From NCBI RefSeq assembly GCF_964204645.1, contig NC_134026.1, positions 19,750,150-19,814,149 on the forward strand: a DNA stretch of 64,000 nucleotides, in the 5' to 3' direction. Of the stretch, positions 26,063 to 39,052 are shown one piece after another. Each line of letters opens with the position of its first letter. The stretch's first letter is position 1. A model generated the notes under the pieces. That model had not been told where the DNA came from. It saw nothing but the letters and a program-made list of their open reading frames with translations, and made no database searches. A program made the translations under genes and the position numbers. The stretch comes from Tubulanus polymorphus (lineage: Eukaryota > Animalia > Nemertea).

Positions 26063-26561
26063 GTATGACTTAATTGTATGACTTAATTTGTGTAAAGGCA
26101 GGAGGCGGATGAACCCTTTTATGGTTTTTATGATTTTATGGATGAACCCTGCCATGTTATCCAAGATGGCCGTCACAGTCATGTTGAAACCCATTTTGTG
26201 AGATACCCTATTAAAATATGCGTTTTCTACCGCATGGTTCTCACACACGAAGGATATTCTATACGTATATACGTCTAGTTTTGAATTGATGAATTTTTAT
26301 ATCTTTATTCGTCTAAGTATATTGCATTAAATAATGATATTCTGTTGGTGAGTTGTTCTCATTACTAGTTACATATATTTTTAGCTGACAATCAATACTC
26401 AAAAGTTTCATCTCATGATGTCGGCGATCTCAAAAAGTATCTGCCTCCGTGACTGAGTTTGATTATCGGCAATAAACAATTGTAGATTTCCAATAAATCA
26501 AATTCTGTATATATGGATTTATGTTTGCATTTGGGATAATGACCAACTGAATAAGATATCT

Positions 26562-28189
26562 TCATCGAAAACAGTAAAACGCCCTCTTAATCAGATCAAA
26601 AAACTGCGCTCTAAAGTACGAACCAGCCAGACAATAGATGAAGAAATTCAAGGCATGGTTCGAGTGCTTCAGTAAAATGAAAATTCCAAAAAAATATAGG
26701 TGAACCGATAAAGGTGTGCATCATGTTGACTTGATAGGGTAATGTTGTACTGATGAAGACGATATTAACGGATAAAAGTAATCGGGTCAGGTTATCGTAA
26801 CGTGAATCGTCATTTTTGCCCGTTTTGTTCATTAGTTTTGCCGCTGTACGAGATCGGTTTAATTGTACGATTATAATCGTATTACACGCGGTTATGATTA
26901 GAAAAGGCATTATTGTATAGGTGGCCGCAGATATCCATAATCGATATTTGGTGGAGTATGTTCGCCAAGCAGCTGTTGGAGCACGACATTCATATCTATC
27001 CCGGATTAGTACCAAACTGACGCTTCCAGCAAAAGCAGTGGAGTTGATGACACTGACGAATAGCAAAATTACTAAAAAGAGGAACATCGCCCTTCGAACA
27101 GTCCAGATAGTTTTGGCTTTCGTCGGTTGCACTACGCATATACATCTCTCAATCGTCAACAGGACAATAATCCACGACGAGGTTTGTTCGGCGAACCCAA
27201 TCAAAAATGTCAGCGAAATACACGACGCTTTTGACGCTGCTCGTATGTCGGGAGACAACTGTTGCGGCCAATAAGCCTTTTTACAGTTTCCAGGCGCCAT
27301 TTTTTGGGGTACCCGCCGGGTCCGCATTGTTGAATTTTTTGTCCCTATTTTTCTCCGGTTTAATTTTTTTATTTCGTTCATATCTCTGGATTTGATTAAG
27401 ATAGAAACAAAGTAAAAATATCGATGAACTCGGCTGATAATAAACTTTTTTATGATATCACTCATTTATAAAGTTAATGCAACAATGTGCGCTGGTGAAG
27501 TTATAAACATTGATATCGTCTCTTGCAAATTAAATTGTTTTGGATGTATTTGTTTCAACACCGAGGGGCACCCTACTCACAGCTTTAAACCACGGAAAAT
27601 GTCCTTATTTTTGGACCCCTCTCCCAATCATCTAAGATAGTCAAAAAAGTCGAAATAAGTCTTAGTGTCAGGCATTTAAGTTTCATTGATCTCCCGTCTA
27701 TATTATATCGTTTCACAGTATATTGCATCAATGAAATATGGCCGTTGGCAGGTGATTCTGGAGCCAGTTGCTCAAAAGTTAACCATCAGAAATACCATGG
27801 TGTAATGGCGAGCACTCGGTCTTCAGTTAAATACCGGTACCCGATTTAAATTTTTGAATTTTCAGCAGCAACTCCACACAAATGGAGGCAGCCACGGCCG
27901 TGTCAAACTTGACGCTTGCAAACCGTTGGATCGGCTTGATAACGCGCAGGAATTTCCTCGCGAGTAACTCCAGATTTATGTCGAGCAGATCGAAGAAAGC
28001 TAGGAACATCATTAGAATACCGGTTGAGGAAGTGCGATAGAATTTCGAAGTCGATAGAACGACAAGCGCCGAAACGTTGCCGATATTGCCCAGTATGATG
28101 ATAGGTAACGCGCCGTATTTGATGACGAAGAAGTAATTTCTGTAGAACGTGAATAAGACGGAAACTTGTGTTCCGTTGGACAATGACAT
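26562..28189 (-). pseudogene. Class-A GPCR paralog 1 (FMRFamide/peptide-receptor-like), disrupted
   Basis: 5' part 28189-27937 and 3' part 27272-26562 are collinear with the intact paralogs. A ~660-bp insertion splits ECL1 (FLRVI|WPQQ), and an extra base in the A7 run at 26688-26694 shifts the frame just before TM7. Confidence 0.8.
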
Positions 28190-31100
28190 CAGAATGAGAT
28201 TGGAATGCAGGTTTATCCTGGTTAGAATTACTGGTAGAGAATTGGTGATATCATTGGTTGAAAACGCGCTTATATTCATCATAATCTCATCAATTCGATC
28301 ATATATTTGAATACTGCAAAATTTCTAATCGATGACGATGCATTTTTAAAAAGATTAATCGATTGATTGGTTCGATGGGAAATCCATAGGTAGTTTTTTT
28401 CTTCGGTTTAGTCCCGTTCCGTCTATATATAGTCTCCGTTTCCATTCATTTTCGAATGAATTCTAGCAATGATACGGTTCCCGTAACAGCATTTAACCAG
28501 TGATTCCGCCCTAGTGTAGACCCGCCCTATATAATTGAATGATAGGCCTATTGTTTACGACTGTGTCCCGCCCGAGAAAATAAATCTTAATGATGTTTTT
28601 ACAGTCTGGAGAATTTAAGGACATAAATACGATAGGTGCAACTCTTGCAAACTTCGTAACTTATCAGATACAATGGTAATTCATTAGGTCTTATATTTCA
28701 TCTTTGCTGAATTCAAAGTTAGGAGATGGATTAAATAAACAGTACATACACAAAGATATGCCGGACTGCTTCGTTGTATTCAACTGTGGATAGTGAGAGC
28801 TGGATATCTGAAGCAATGGAAAAGAACTCTGTTCAATGTATTATCCATTAGAAGGATGATTTAAATTGCCACTGACAGGTGAATTACTACCATAAGAACC
28901 AAGGTTGCCGCAAAATTCCGGTTGGCTAAATTCATACATAATTTTACGATGCAATTTAACAGCACTACACAATAGAAGAAGAGAATGTCATTATGGGTTC
29001 GAGGATGTAAATTGAAAATTTTTCTTATATATTTTCTTGCTGCACAAATTAGTTTGTGAGAAATAACCGACCCGTATAGGGATCAAGCAGTAAGTACGAA
29101 CAAGAAAATTAACTTTAATAAATTATTTGACGCCTGCGAAAAAATGTAGAATTTCTGGGATAAGCTAATGTGGAATTGCAAAGTTTTAAGAAATTTGGGG
29201 AATTATGAGATTTGGCGATTGGGTAGATGATACAGTCTTCGACTGGTCTAATTTAAAAAAAAAATTGTCAACTTGTGACCGACTTCGATTCACTTTTGCT
29301 CTAAGCTGGTCTGCAACTTCATTGCCTCCATGGTTGAAGAAAGAGCTCTTCTGATGTCTGCTTCATCATGACTTCGAGTAGCCAGCCGGCCCGGTCCCAG
29401 GGCCCGGTTTGGTTGTCACTCGATATCCTAGACTTGAGTCTGGGTTGAAGTAGACATCGTCATTTAAATAACTTATTCATGTTATTCTGTATGAATAACC
29501 CATGTGTCTTGTATTTTGTATTTTCTTATTCTAAAATTTGTAACTTTATTGAATTAGGGAATTTCATCCCGGAATTTCAATGTAATAAGGATCAATAAAG
29601 TATTATGCCATCAGTGGACGCGGAGCCTTCAATTCCCTTTCGTTTTTTTTTTCCCTGGGTGCTTGCGACAGCGGCCTAAAGGCTTTGCTTGGCCCACACT
29701 GAAAGCTACTGCTCTCTCTCTCTCTTTTTATAATTGTGCTTTGTTTAAAAAAATTGTAAATTTTATTGTTTGTTTTCTCTCAACCTGTGTACATAGCCTG
29801 TCATGCTTTCTGTGAAATAAATTTGAACTTGAACTTGAACTTGAACAGGTATGCTATTATAGATTGCTAATCTCATGAAACCTGCATACCCCTAATATCG
29901 AACATATTTTCTAAAACATTTGAATATTGAAATTATTTGTTTACATGTTTTTATATAGACCGCTTGTAGCCGCCGATGAAATTCACGCCGGCCCTACTCA
30001 GATCGAAGATAGCTTCGTCATTCCACTAGCATCCCCATGTCAGGGTCTGACTTTTATATCAGACTTCCAAATCGTGTATACATCCGCCATTCAACCGAAT
30101 AATCCGATTTACTTATCATTTCTATTTATGCCTGCCGCTCCTGATATAATCATACATCCTTTAATATTACAATACCTCTTATCATGATATTCAATGCAAT
30201 ATAACATTTCGACGTTCAAATAGAGGTCATTATATAATCACAGGGAGCCATTCTACATCTTTATCAATAATATTTTGCCAAATAGCTTGTATGTGTACAC
30301 ATAAACCTGTGACGTTTTGCACATCGATTTACGGTTGTCGTTTGTAAAATGACGCTGAATGGTTAACATTGTTTAGGTTTCATAATGGTAACGTTTTATA
30401 AGGCGTCAAAAAATAAATTTTCTGGTATTGGAATCGGCATCAAAGATGAATATACTGGTGCTGTTGTATAATGTCTATATATTATGCAATATTACATTAT
30501 TTGACGTATCAAATTATCAAGTTAGTTTTCTTTTTATCTGCCCACCATACTGGACCAACTCCGGTTATCTGAGTGAGTCGACTATAGTCGAACTAAGTGA
30601 AACCGAATTGCAGTTAGTCGGAACTATATTCCGGAAATAGTTCAGAAATAAAGCGCATTCGGTTATTAGTTCCGACCAAGTCGACTAGATACGAAAAAAG
30701 AATTTAGAACCGGCTGTTGATTAATATGGCGCCAGAAATGTAAGGCGAAAAATGAGAAATATGAATTTATGTCACCACCAGGACACCGTCGTATACATAT
30801 GAGATGTCTAAAACTAAATTAAATTTCTTTAACTAATTCAATATTCAATATACCATTAAACGATTACCATGATGGCGATATGTATATCCGGACTAGGAAA
30901 ACGAGACATTTTTTATTTGGAATTTCGAATGTCTGTGTCGATAGTCCAGAGCCCGACCTCACGACCCTAAAAAGTTACGTGGTTCGATTTTTAGGTTTCT
31001 TCGCTTCATTTAATATTTCTAAAATGATAGAAACGCATATATAGGAGAACAACACACAGGGAATGTAAGCTTCAAATACAGCTTTTAAGTAGCGATAACG

Positions 31101-31774
31101 GGTTTTCTGCCTAGCAGCATCATACATATGCAAACCCTTGGAAATTATAGATAGAAATCAAAAATTGTTTATTGTCGGGGTTTCGAACCTGATATGACGG
31201 GTATAGTTAGTATAGTATAGTATAGTAGTTTATTTGTCACCATCAATATGTACAAGATTAATAATAACAATAGTAAATTACAAACAATGAGGTGGCAGGA
31301 GCCTGAACGGAGCCATAAAGGCTGTATATCCAAAAGGATGTTCAGACACCTACGTTGTTGAATTTTTCATAGCACAATAAGACCCTAAAATTACTTTCGA
31401 TACCAAGAGGCCCTATGAGTCTATCAACTTGAATCGACGTGTATCGGATTCAAACCCAAAACGGCGGTTTCTAATTTTTTTTTTGAGTGGAAAGCAAATC
31501 TATATTTCAATGGAATCCAAATCCAATGATGACCGGCACTGCTGGCCGTAAAAATATTTTCGTAATTTGAAATATTTTCGTATCTGAAATGAAATAGAAT
31601 CTGTGTTGTGGGTGTAAAAACTCAACGAGATTACACGAGATCATAGTCATCCCACGCTACGATCAACATGGCATACTCACACTATATTCATGTATTATAA
31701 AACATTTTACCCTTTAAATAAGTCTGTTCGATGATTCGGTAGATTGAACTGAAAACTTTCTGAAGCAATTGGCT

Positions 31775-33124
31775 GAAACTTTTTTTATCCTACTTTACGC
31801 ACACGACGCTGTAATTGTATCAGAATCTGCAGAAGGTCTACAACTTGCTCTAGATTCCTTAATTGAGTACTGTAAAATATGGAATCTAGCTATTAATAGT
31901 GACAAAACCAAAATTATTATCTTCCAGAAAAGAAAACCACGCCAGACAAAAATCTAAAGTTTCACCTTGGTAAAGATGATATAGAAATCGTAGATGACTT
32001 TATGTACCTTGGTATTGTGTTTAACTATAATGGTTCTTTTACTAAATGCCGAAAGGCATTGCGCGATAGCGCTATTATATCTATGTATGCAATACTTAGA
32101 AAGTGTCAACAGTTACGATTAAGCATCGATGTCAGTCTCCACTTATTTAATAGTATGGTTAAGCCGATTTTGCTTAACGCTTGTGAAATATGGGGCTACG
32201 AAAATCTAAATATCATTGAAAATGTTCATCTATTATTCTGTAAGTACGTCCTTAGACTGAATAAGTCGACACCCAATTTTATGGTGTACGGAGAACTCGG
32301 TCGAATTCCTCTTGAAATTGACATTAAAAGTAGGATGGTAAAATTCTGGGCAAACCTCGTATCAAAAAACAGAGAAACACTCTCTAGTAAAACGTATTCC
32401 ATCCAATATGATTTAAGCACGTCACAAAATATCAATTTCAAATGGTTATCCTCTATCCAAAATATACTCCAAGAGTGTGAAATGGCTAATTTCTGGTTAG
32501 AGCGAAATTTTCCTAACGTCCAGTGTATCTATGAATCTGTAAAGCTACGACTTACTGTTCAATTTATCCAGAAATGGCACGCAGACTGTACAGCATCATT
32601 TAAAGCGTTGACTTATCGTCATATTAAACCGACTTTCAATACGCTTGAGCCTGAAAATTACATCCTCTCGTTACCCACATCCTACCGCATTTCCCTCTGT
32701 AGATATAAATGTAGCAACCTTTATTTACCCATAGAATCAGGCAGGCGACTCAGAATACCTCGAGAAGAACGACTTTGTACAAATTGTAACCTCAGTGTTT
32801 TGGGGGACGAGCGTCACACTATATTAGAATGTAGTTTTTTCCAGATACAACGCAAAAAACTAATCCCTAGAAGAGAAGATTTTGGTCAACTCCAAATTTT
32901 GAAAATATGAACTCCCTTTTCTGTACAAAAAATCAAAGAAATCTGATAAATATTTCTAGATTTATTCGAATATGCTCAAATTGAGTTTTAAACATGTATA
33001 ATAGAGATGTGAACTCCCCACGCTGTTATTCCGTCATCTGTATTTATGTATTATTAATGTATGTTTTGTTCAATGCGAATCGTGAATTGTGAACAATAAG
33101 AATTGAATCTGAATCTGAATCTGA
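31775..33124 (+). mobile_element. 5'-truncated non-LTR retrotransposon (LINE): RT C-terminal part, CCHC-like motif and 3' tail; decayed
   Basis: LLYAHD (decayed YADD), KTKIIIF, YLG, CEIWG, VYGELGRIPL, LPIESGR, CTNC....GDERH..LEC; frame break near 31957; ends AATAA then (TGAATC)n at ~33105-33124. Confidence 0.85.
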
Positions 33125-34306
33125 CCATTTATTGACTTAACAACACTCAGGCTATAAACAACAAAAGCTATACAGACTACAGATCAATGATTATCTTCAA
33201 ATCCACCAAACCTCTCATGTGCTTAGATACCACATCAGTTCGTATCATGCCCTTCAGTTCGTATATGAAGGGCGAAGCTATGCAGAAAACCTGTTATCGC
33301 TGCTTTGCAGCTGTATTTATTATATTGTTCTGTGCTTTGCCATGTCAATGTACGTATATTTACACTAGGAATAGCCACAATCAGCAGGGAGAAAAATATC
33401 ATCAGCTCGATGAATTAACTGGGGAGACCGACCTACGTGAAATTGGTCGCGGCACACCAATATCCTCTGTATATAAATCAAAGAAGTAGATAGATGCGTC
33501 ACAAATAAAGTGCAAAATTCCTCGATTACCTAGATATTTTAAACATTTTTAGATGTTAAAAATCTTTGAATTTTTGGTTTTCAACTAAATTATCGCTTTA
33601 ATGAAGAGACGCGATAAACTCGAATCATCGCCGAACCTTTTACAAAAATCACTGGTTTCATCGCAAATTATCTATTCAATTTATTCTGATTTATTCAAAC
33701 AGCTTTCTTCATCCAATGTTTCTTTTCATTTTGCAGTCCGTTCATCCGTCCGAAGACGGAATCCAGTTATTTCGATTAATACATGTATCTTAGACATGTC
33801 TTCAGCCAAAGATGGCCCGATCAGAGTCAAGATGGCCGACTGGCGGCCATTGTCGTTCACCGAAATCAGCAGTTTTTACACATTAAGCGAAATTTTGAAG
33901 ACGCTATTTAATTGATACCTGGTGTGAGTTACAAGATCATTGGTTTTCGTATACGGTCACCATTGAATTGAATATTGAATATTAACGATTGAATATTCAT
34001 TTACTGTAGAAATCTTTGTTTTTGAGGTTCAGTTTTATAGTAAATAATTCACGTATAGTTGGCATAATGTTGCTGAGTTGTTCTCCTAAGTCGTTGCATA
34101 TATTATTGGATGTGACAATCAATACTCAAAAAGGTTCATCTCATGATATCGGCGATCCAAAAAATTAACTGCCTCCATCATTGAGTTTGATTATTGGCAA
34201 TAAAACCTAATAGAATTTGAGTTGTTGATTTCCAATAAATCACATTCAGACCGAGAATGCTCGCCAATCAGCATTTGGGATGATGACCAACTGAGGCAGA
34301 TTATAT

Positions 34307-35266
34307 TCATAGAAAACAGTAAAACGCCCTCTTAATCAGGCCAACAAATTGTGCTCTGAAATACGAACCGGCCAGACAATAAATGAAAAAATTTAAGGCA
34401 TGGTTCGAGTGCTTCAATAAAACGAAAATTCCGAAAGTTGAAGGAGAACTAACGTTTACGTTTATGAGCGATGCTTGATAGGGTAATGTTGTACTGATGA
34501 AGACGAAATTAACGCAAAGGAGTAAACGAGTCAGGTTATCGTAACGCGAATCGTCATTTTTGGCTGTTTTGTGCATTTGTTTCGCCGCTGCGCGAGATCG
34601 GTTCAGTTGTACGATTATGATCGTATTACACGCGGATATAATAAAAAAAGGCAGTATGGAATACGCAGCCGCAAATATCCATACTTGATATTCAGTAGTG
34701 TATATTCGCCAAGCCTCTGTTGGAGCACGACATTCATATCTATCCCGGACTAGTATCAAGCCGACGCTTCCAGCTAAAGTGACGGAGTTGATGACACCGA
34801 CAAATATAGAGACTGCCGAAAAGAAGTACATCGCTCGACGTACTGTCCAGATAGTTTTGGCTTTCGTCGGTTGTACTACGCATATACATCTCTCAATCGT
34901 CAATAGGACAATAATCCACGACGAGGTTTGTTCGGCGAATCTAGTAAAAAATGTCAGCGAAATACACGACGCGTTTGACGCAGCTCGTATGTCGGGAGGA
35001 AACTGTTGCGGCCAATTAACAACGCGCAGGAATTTCTTCACCAGTAACTCTAGATTTATGTCGAGCAAATCGAAGAAAGCTAAGAACATCATTAGAATAC
35101 CGGTCGAGGAATTGCGATAGAATTTCGAAGTCGATAGAACGACAAGCGCCGAAACGTTGCCGATATTGCCCAGTATGATGATAGGTAACGCGCCGTATTT
35201 GATGGCAAAGAAATAATTTCTGAAGAATTTGTAGTAGAAGGATTGTGTTCCGTTAAAGGATGACAT
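34307..35266 (-). CDS. Class-A (rhodopsin-like) 7TM GPCR paralog 2, intronless CDS, 319 aa; FMRFamide/peptide-receptor-like, possible chemoreceptor
   Basis: Seven hydrophobic segments; GNIGN (TM1), LAFFD (TM2), C...LTIERC (TM3, DRY variant), ECL2 Cys, LPF (TM5), TLP (TM6), HALNFFIYC (NPxxY variant); N-terminal NGT glycosylation sequon. Confidence 0.9.
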   Translation of the reverse strand: MSSFNGTQSFYYKFFRNYFFAIKYGALPIIILGNIGNVSALVVLSTSKFYRNSSTGILMMFLAFFDLLDINLELLVKKFLRVVNWPQQFPPDIRAASNASCISLTFFTRFAEQTSSWIIVLLTIERCICVVQPTKAKTIWTVRRAMYFFSAVSIFVGVINSVTLAGSVGLILVRDRYECRAPTEAWRIYTTEYQVWIFAAAYSILPFFIISACNTIIIVQLNRSRAAAKQMHKTAKNDDSRYDNLTRLLLCVNFVFISTTLPYQASLINVNVSSPSTFGIFVLLKHSNHALNFFIYCLAGSYFRAQFVGLIKRAFYCFL

Positions 35267-37471
35267 CAGAATCAGACTGAAATACAGGTTATCTGAGAAT
35301 TACTGCTTGAGAAGTGATGACACTCATTTGTTAATTGGTTGAAAACGCGCTGATATTTATCATAATCTCAATCGATCATATCGCAATATTGCAAAATCTC
35401 TATTCGATGACGGTGCATTTTAAAAGATTAATCGATTTGCTTGATGGAAAGTGCATTGGGTATGTAGGTTTTTTCTTCAGAAGTCGATATTATTTTTCAT
35501 TTGCATCGGAATTAGCTATCTTATAGAAAAAGTTAGTTCGGGCTAGATAAATTTCAGTTTAGTCCTGTCCCTGCGTATAGTCACCGTTACCATTCATTTT
35601 CGAATGATTTCTACCAATGTTTCGGTTCCTCTCACATCGTTTAACCGGTGATTCTAGGAGTAGACTCACCTTACATCAATGATAGGCCTATGTTGACGAC
35701 TATGTCCAGAGAGAAAAAATCTTCCGTTGCAATAATAGTTTTATGTGTTTATTGATAACTGTGTTAAAGCGTACTATGTGAGTCAATGTGCACTACGTCA
35801 TCAATAAATTTTGGCGTTTTATATCGTATTTCATATCATTATATTATCAAGTTAGTTTTCTTGTTATCTTTCCACCATACCGGCAGTTGATTGATATGGC
35901 ACCAGTAATTTAGACGGAGAATGAGAAATAAAGATAGATTTATGTCACCATTAGGACACCGTTGTACATATGCCTAAAACTAAACGTATATTTTCAATAT
36001 TCAATAAAGCCATTAGCATGGTCCGCGATATGTGTATCCGGACAAGGAAACCGAGACATTCTTTGAATCGGATAAAGTTCCGTGGTTCGTAAACGCCTGG
36101 CATTTGCTTCATTTGATATTTCTAAATTGGGAGAAACGCAAAGGAGATTTAAAAAAAACACAAAAGGGAACGAAGCTTTGTTTAGCATTAACTAAGAATT
36201 CTTAAATGTTCATTATTATTAAGCGTTTACATGTATGCTACTTCAAATTTCGATGTAACTTCCAAATCTACTTCAATCATTCAGTTTTTGAATCTGTATT
36301 TACCTAATATATCATTTGTAGATTTATACATATAAATAGTTTAGACCTATATTGTACGTTTAAGTTAAGGAGACGGTGTGTGCGGCAACATCTCGGTAAA
36401 TTGTCAAATATGTTTTATCAATGAATGATTTATCGAGTCCTGCGCAATCCAGAGAGTTAATTTGATGATTTTGACAACAAGGGAAAGTTTTTAAGCCATA
36501 AAACCTATACATTTATTTTGCCTCCGAAAACTGAAGAAAAGTCAAATGAAAATAATTTTTTTCCAGTGAAATTCAGTGACACGAATTCAGTGAAAAAATG
36601 AGCAAAAAAATGTTTTTCACCTCCGACGAATGAGAACCCTGGCTTGAATGATGAAAAAAATTGAAAAATGAGAGGTTCTTTTTTGATCGCAGTGTGTAGA
36701 ATTCGAACTTTCCAAGAATCATTTGTTTGGACATATGTATATTGCCCTATCGACAGTTCCCTCTTCCTTCAAAAAGTTATCTTATCCCTCTAAGAGAATT
36801 TTTTTTAAATTTTAATTCCCTCCTCCGAAATGATATTTCAATAGGTCTACCCGCAAGCCAAGCTATTAAAAAAGTCTAAGAAATTATGTTTTCATAAATG
36901 ACGTAGGCCTATATATATCTAACATGATTATTTGTAATTGATGTCTTGTACTTTCATACTTGAATAATACGTTTAAAATAAGAATTTGCGTTACATACAT
37001 TAAAATTTCTTTGCTTAGTTTGAATTTGACTTTGAAATTTGATTTGACATTGACCTTGAATTGATTTCAAAATACCATATTTGGACAGCGCATATCAGAA
37101 GACATTTTCATCGTGATAACTAGGACTCACGTTTTATCTACCGAAGAAATCGGGAATCTGTTGCCATGGAAACGCATTTTTCACATTGTCACAAAGAAAT
37201 GCAAATCACATAAATATCGTATATGGACTCAGGTAAGAACATATAATCAATGTACCATAAAATTGGAGTTTGTGCGATATTGTCTTACCTCAATACATTT
37301 CGTCCTATTTTTGCTGACGGACTAATATTAATCATCACCGAAATAGGGATTCATCATTTATTGTTAATTGTTCAATATCATTTATGATTATGGAAATTAT
37401 GGAAAAATATGAATAAGGAAAAATGCCTGAGAGCTTGATGGAAAGATCCCTTTGTAAGTCTCGATATATAT

Positions 37472-38390
37472 AAATATAGCCGCAAAGCAGCGATAAGGGG
37501 TTTTCTGCATAGCAGCATCATTAATATGCAGACCTTTGGAAATGATAAGTAGAACTGAAAAAAATTGTTCGAAGCTATATATGGTACAACTACGTCAATG
37601 TATTATATGATAATAATGATATATTTTCTCATCCACAGTAAGACCTTACAAATGACTTCGATACGACATAGTTCTAACAAGCACTGTGACCATTCAATAA
37701 AAGTTAACTCCAATTATTGACGTGTATATCGGATTCATACCCAAAACAGTGGTTTGGTATTAGTTGGAATGGAAACGTATCTCGAACCTTAAGGCCCCCG
37801 CACACGAGCGAATTTTACGTACGCATCTAGCGCAGACCGCACACGAGCCGAAAACAGCGTTCAGCAAAGCGAGCTGTGGCAAGCACGTAAGCATTATGCA
37901 ACCATATTTACTGCATATCTGCACCATTTACTCGCAATTATTTTTGATCGAAATAATCTGATACATATTCACATCCGAAAATCTGTATTGTCGATGTAAA
38001 TCGTTTTTTTTAAAGTGACAGACAGTTAATACGAGTTCATAGTTCTCTTACGCTACGAAACATACTCAGAAGATGCATGTATCATGTTGACCCTCTAGAT
38101 AAGTTTTTTGACGATTCTGTAGATCAAACTTAGAAGTTGCTGAAGCCATTTCCGATGTCGTGATCTGTATACGAAGAATTGGTGAATACGCACGTTGGCG
38201 AATTGGCTATTACATATGTTAGAAAATCTACCAAACCTCTCATATGTTAAGAGATCATATTCAGCACCGAATACTACGAACTGACGTTATAATGCGAAGA
38301 AAAGATCTTCATATATGTAATACAAAAATTTTGGAAATTCTTTATTTCATTAAAGAAAACTCCAGAATTCGATTACCTAAATATAATTAA
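37472..38390. repeat. Interspersed repeat family; other copies at 31073-33540 (interrupted by the LINE) and 63940->64000
   Basis: Shared start aaatatagc.gcaaagcagcgataa.gggttttc.gc.tagcagcatcattaatatg and colinear internal blocks. Confidence 0.65.
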
Positions 38391-39052
38391 TCAATCGAGA
38401 AAAATATTTCGAACAGAATCTAACATTCTATGACACGCTGACAACTAAAGGGCATGTCACCGTTACGGTTTGCTTTATTCACTGATAAGAATGGAGGTGC
38501 AGGAGGCCGGAGTAGAACATGATTTAACAAAAATTTGGTAGAAATCCGTTAAGTATAGGAGCTTTAGGCTTTTAGTGACTTTTGGCGATGATCTGCTTGG
38601 ACAGGGGAAATACTAACAAAAATAATTTATTCTTATCAAAATTCTATTTTCGAAGTCATTGAGACCGTCCACCGCACAATTACCCGGTATAGTCATCAGG
38701 CCCCAGACGCGCATTTCATCTTGGTTTCGTCATTGCATTGTAATGTATTGCACTGCATTGCATATTCCATCATTAATCTGTAAATTGTATTATATACAAT
38801 AAGTTGTAATATATACGGGTATTTCGTTTTGTTTGGAAGAAAAATTAGGGAAAAAATGAAATGCTAGATCATTTCTCGAGAAGAATTATCAATATTCACT
38901 CTCATCGATTGGAAATTACGGCGTTGATTTTTAGGATGATAGTTTTTATGATAATCGTATTGATAGTAATAAAAGTCTGCGCGTTCTCAACCAATGATAA
39001 AGTTTCAGACTCATTCCAAATACGTCAATGGTAATCTCCGTATTCCAGTCTG

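Noticed and set aside
34698-35120. Antisense ORFs over the GPCR genes (also 26921-27274 and 39202-39657)
   Set aside because: Shadow frames; their similarity is explained by the sense-strand paralogy.
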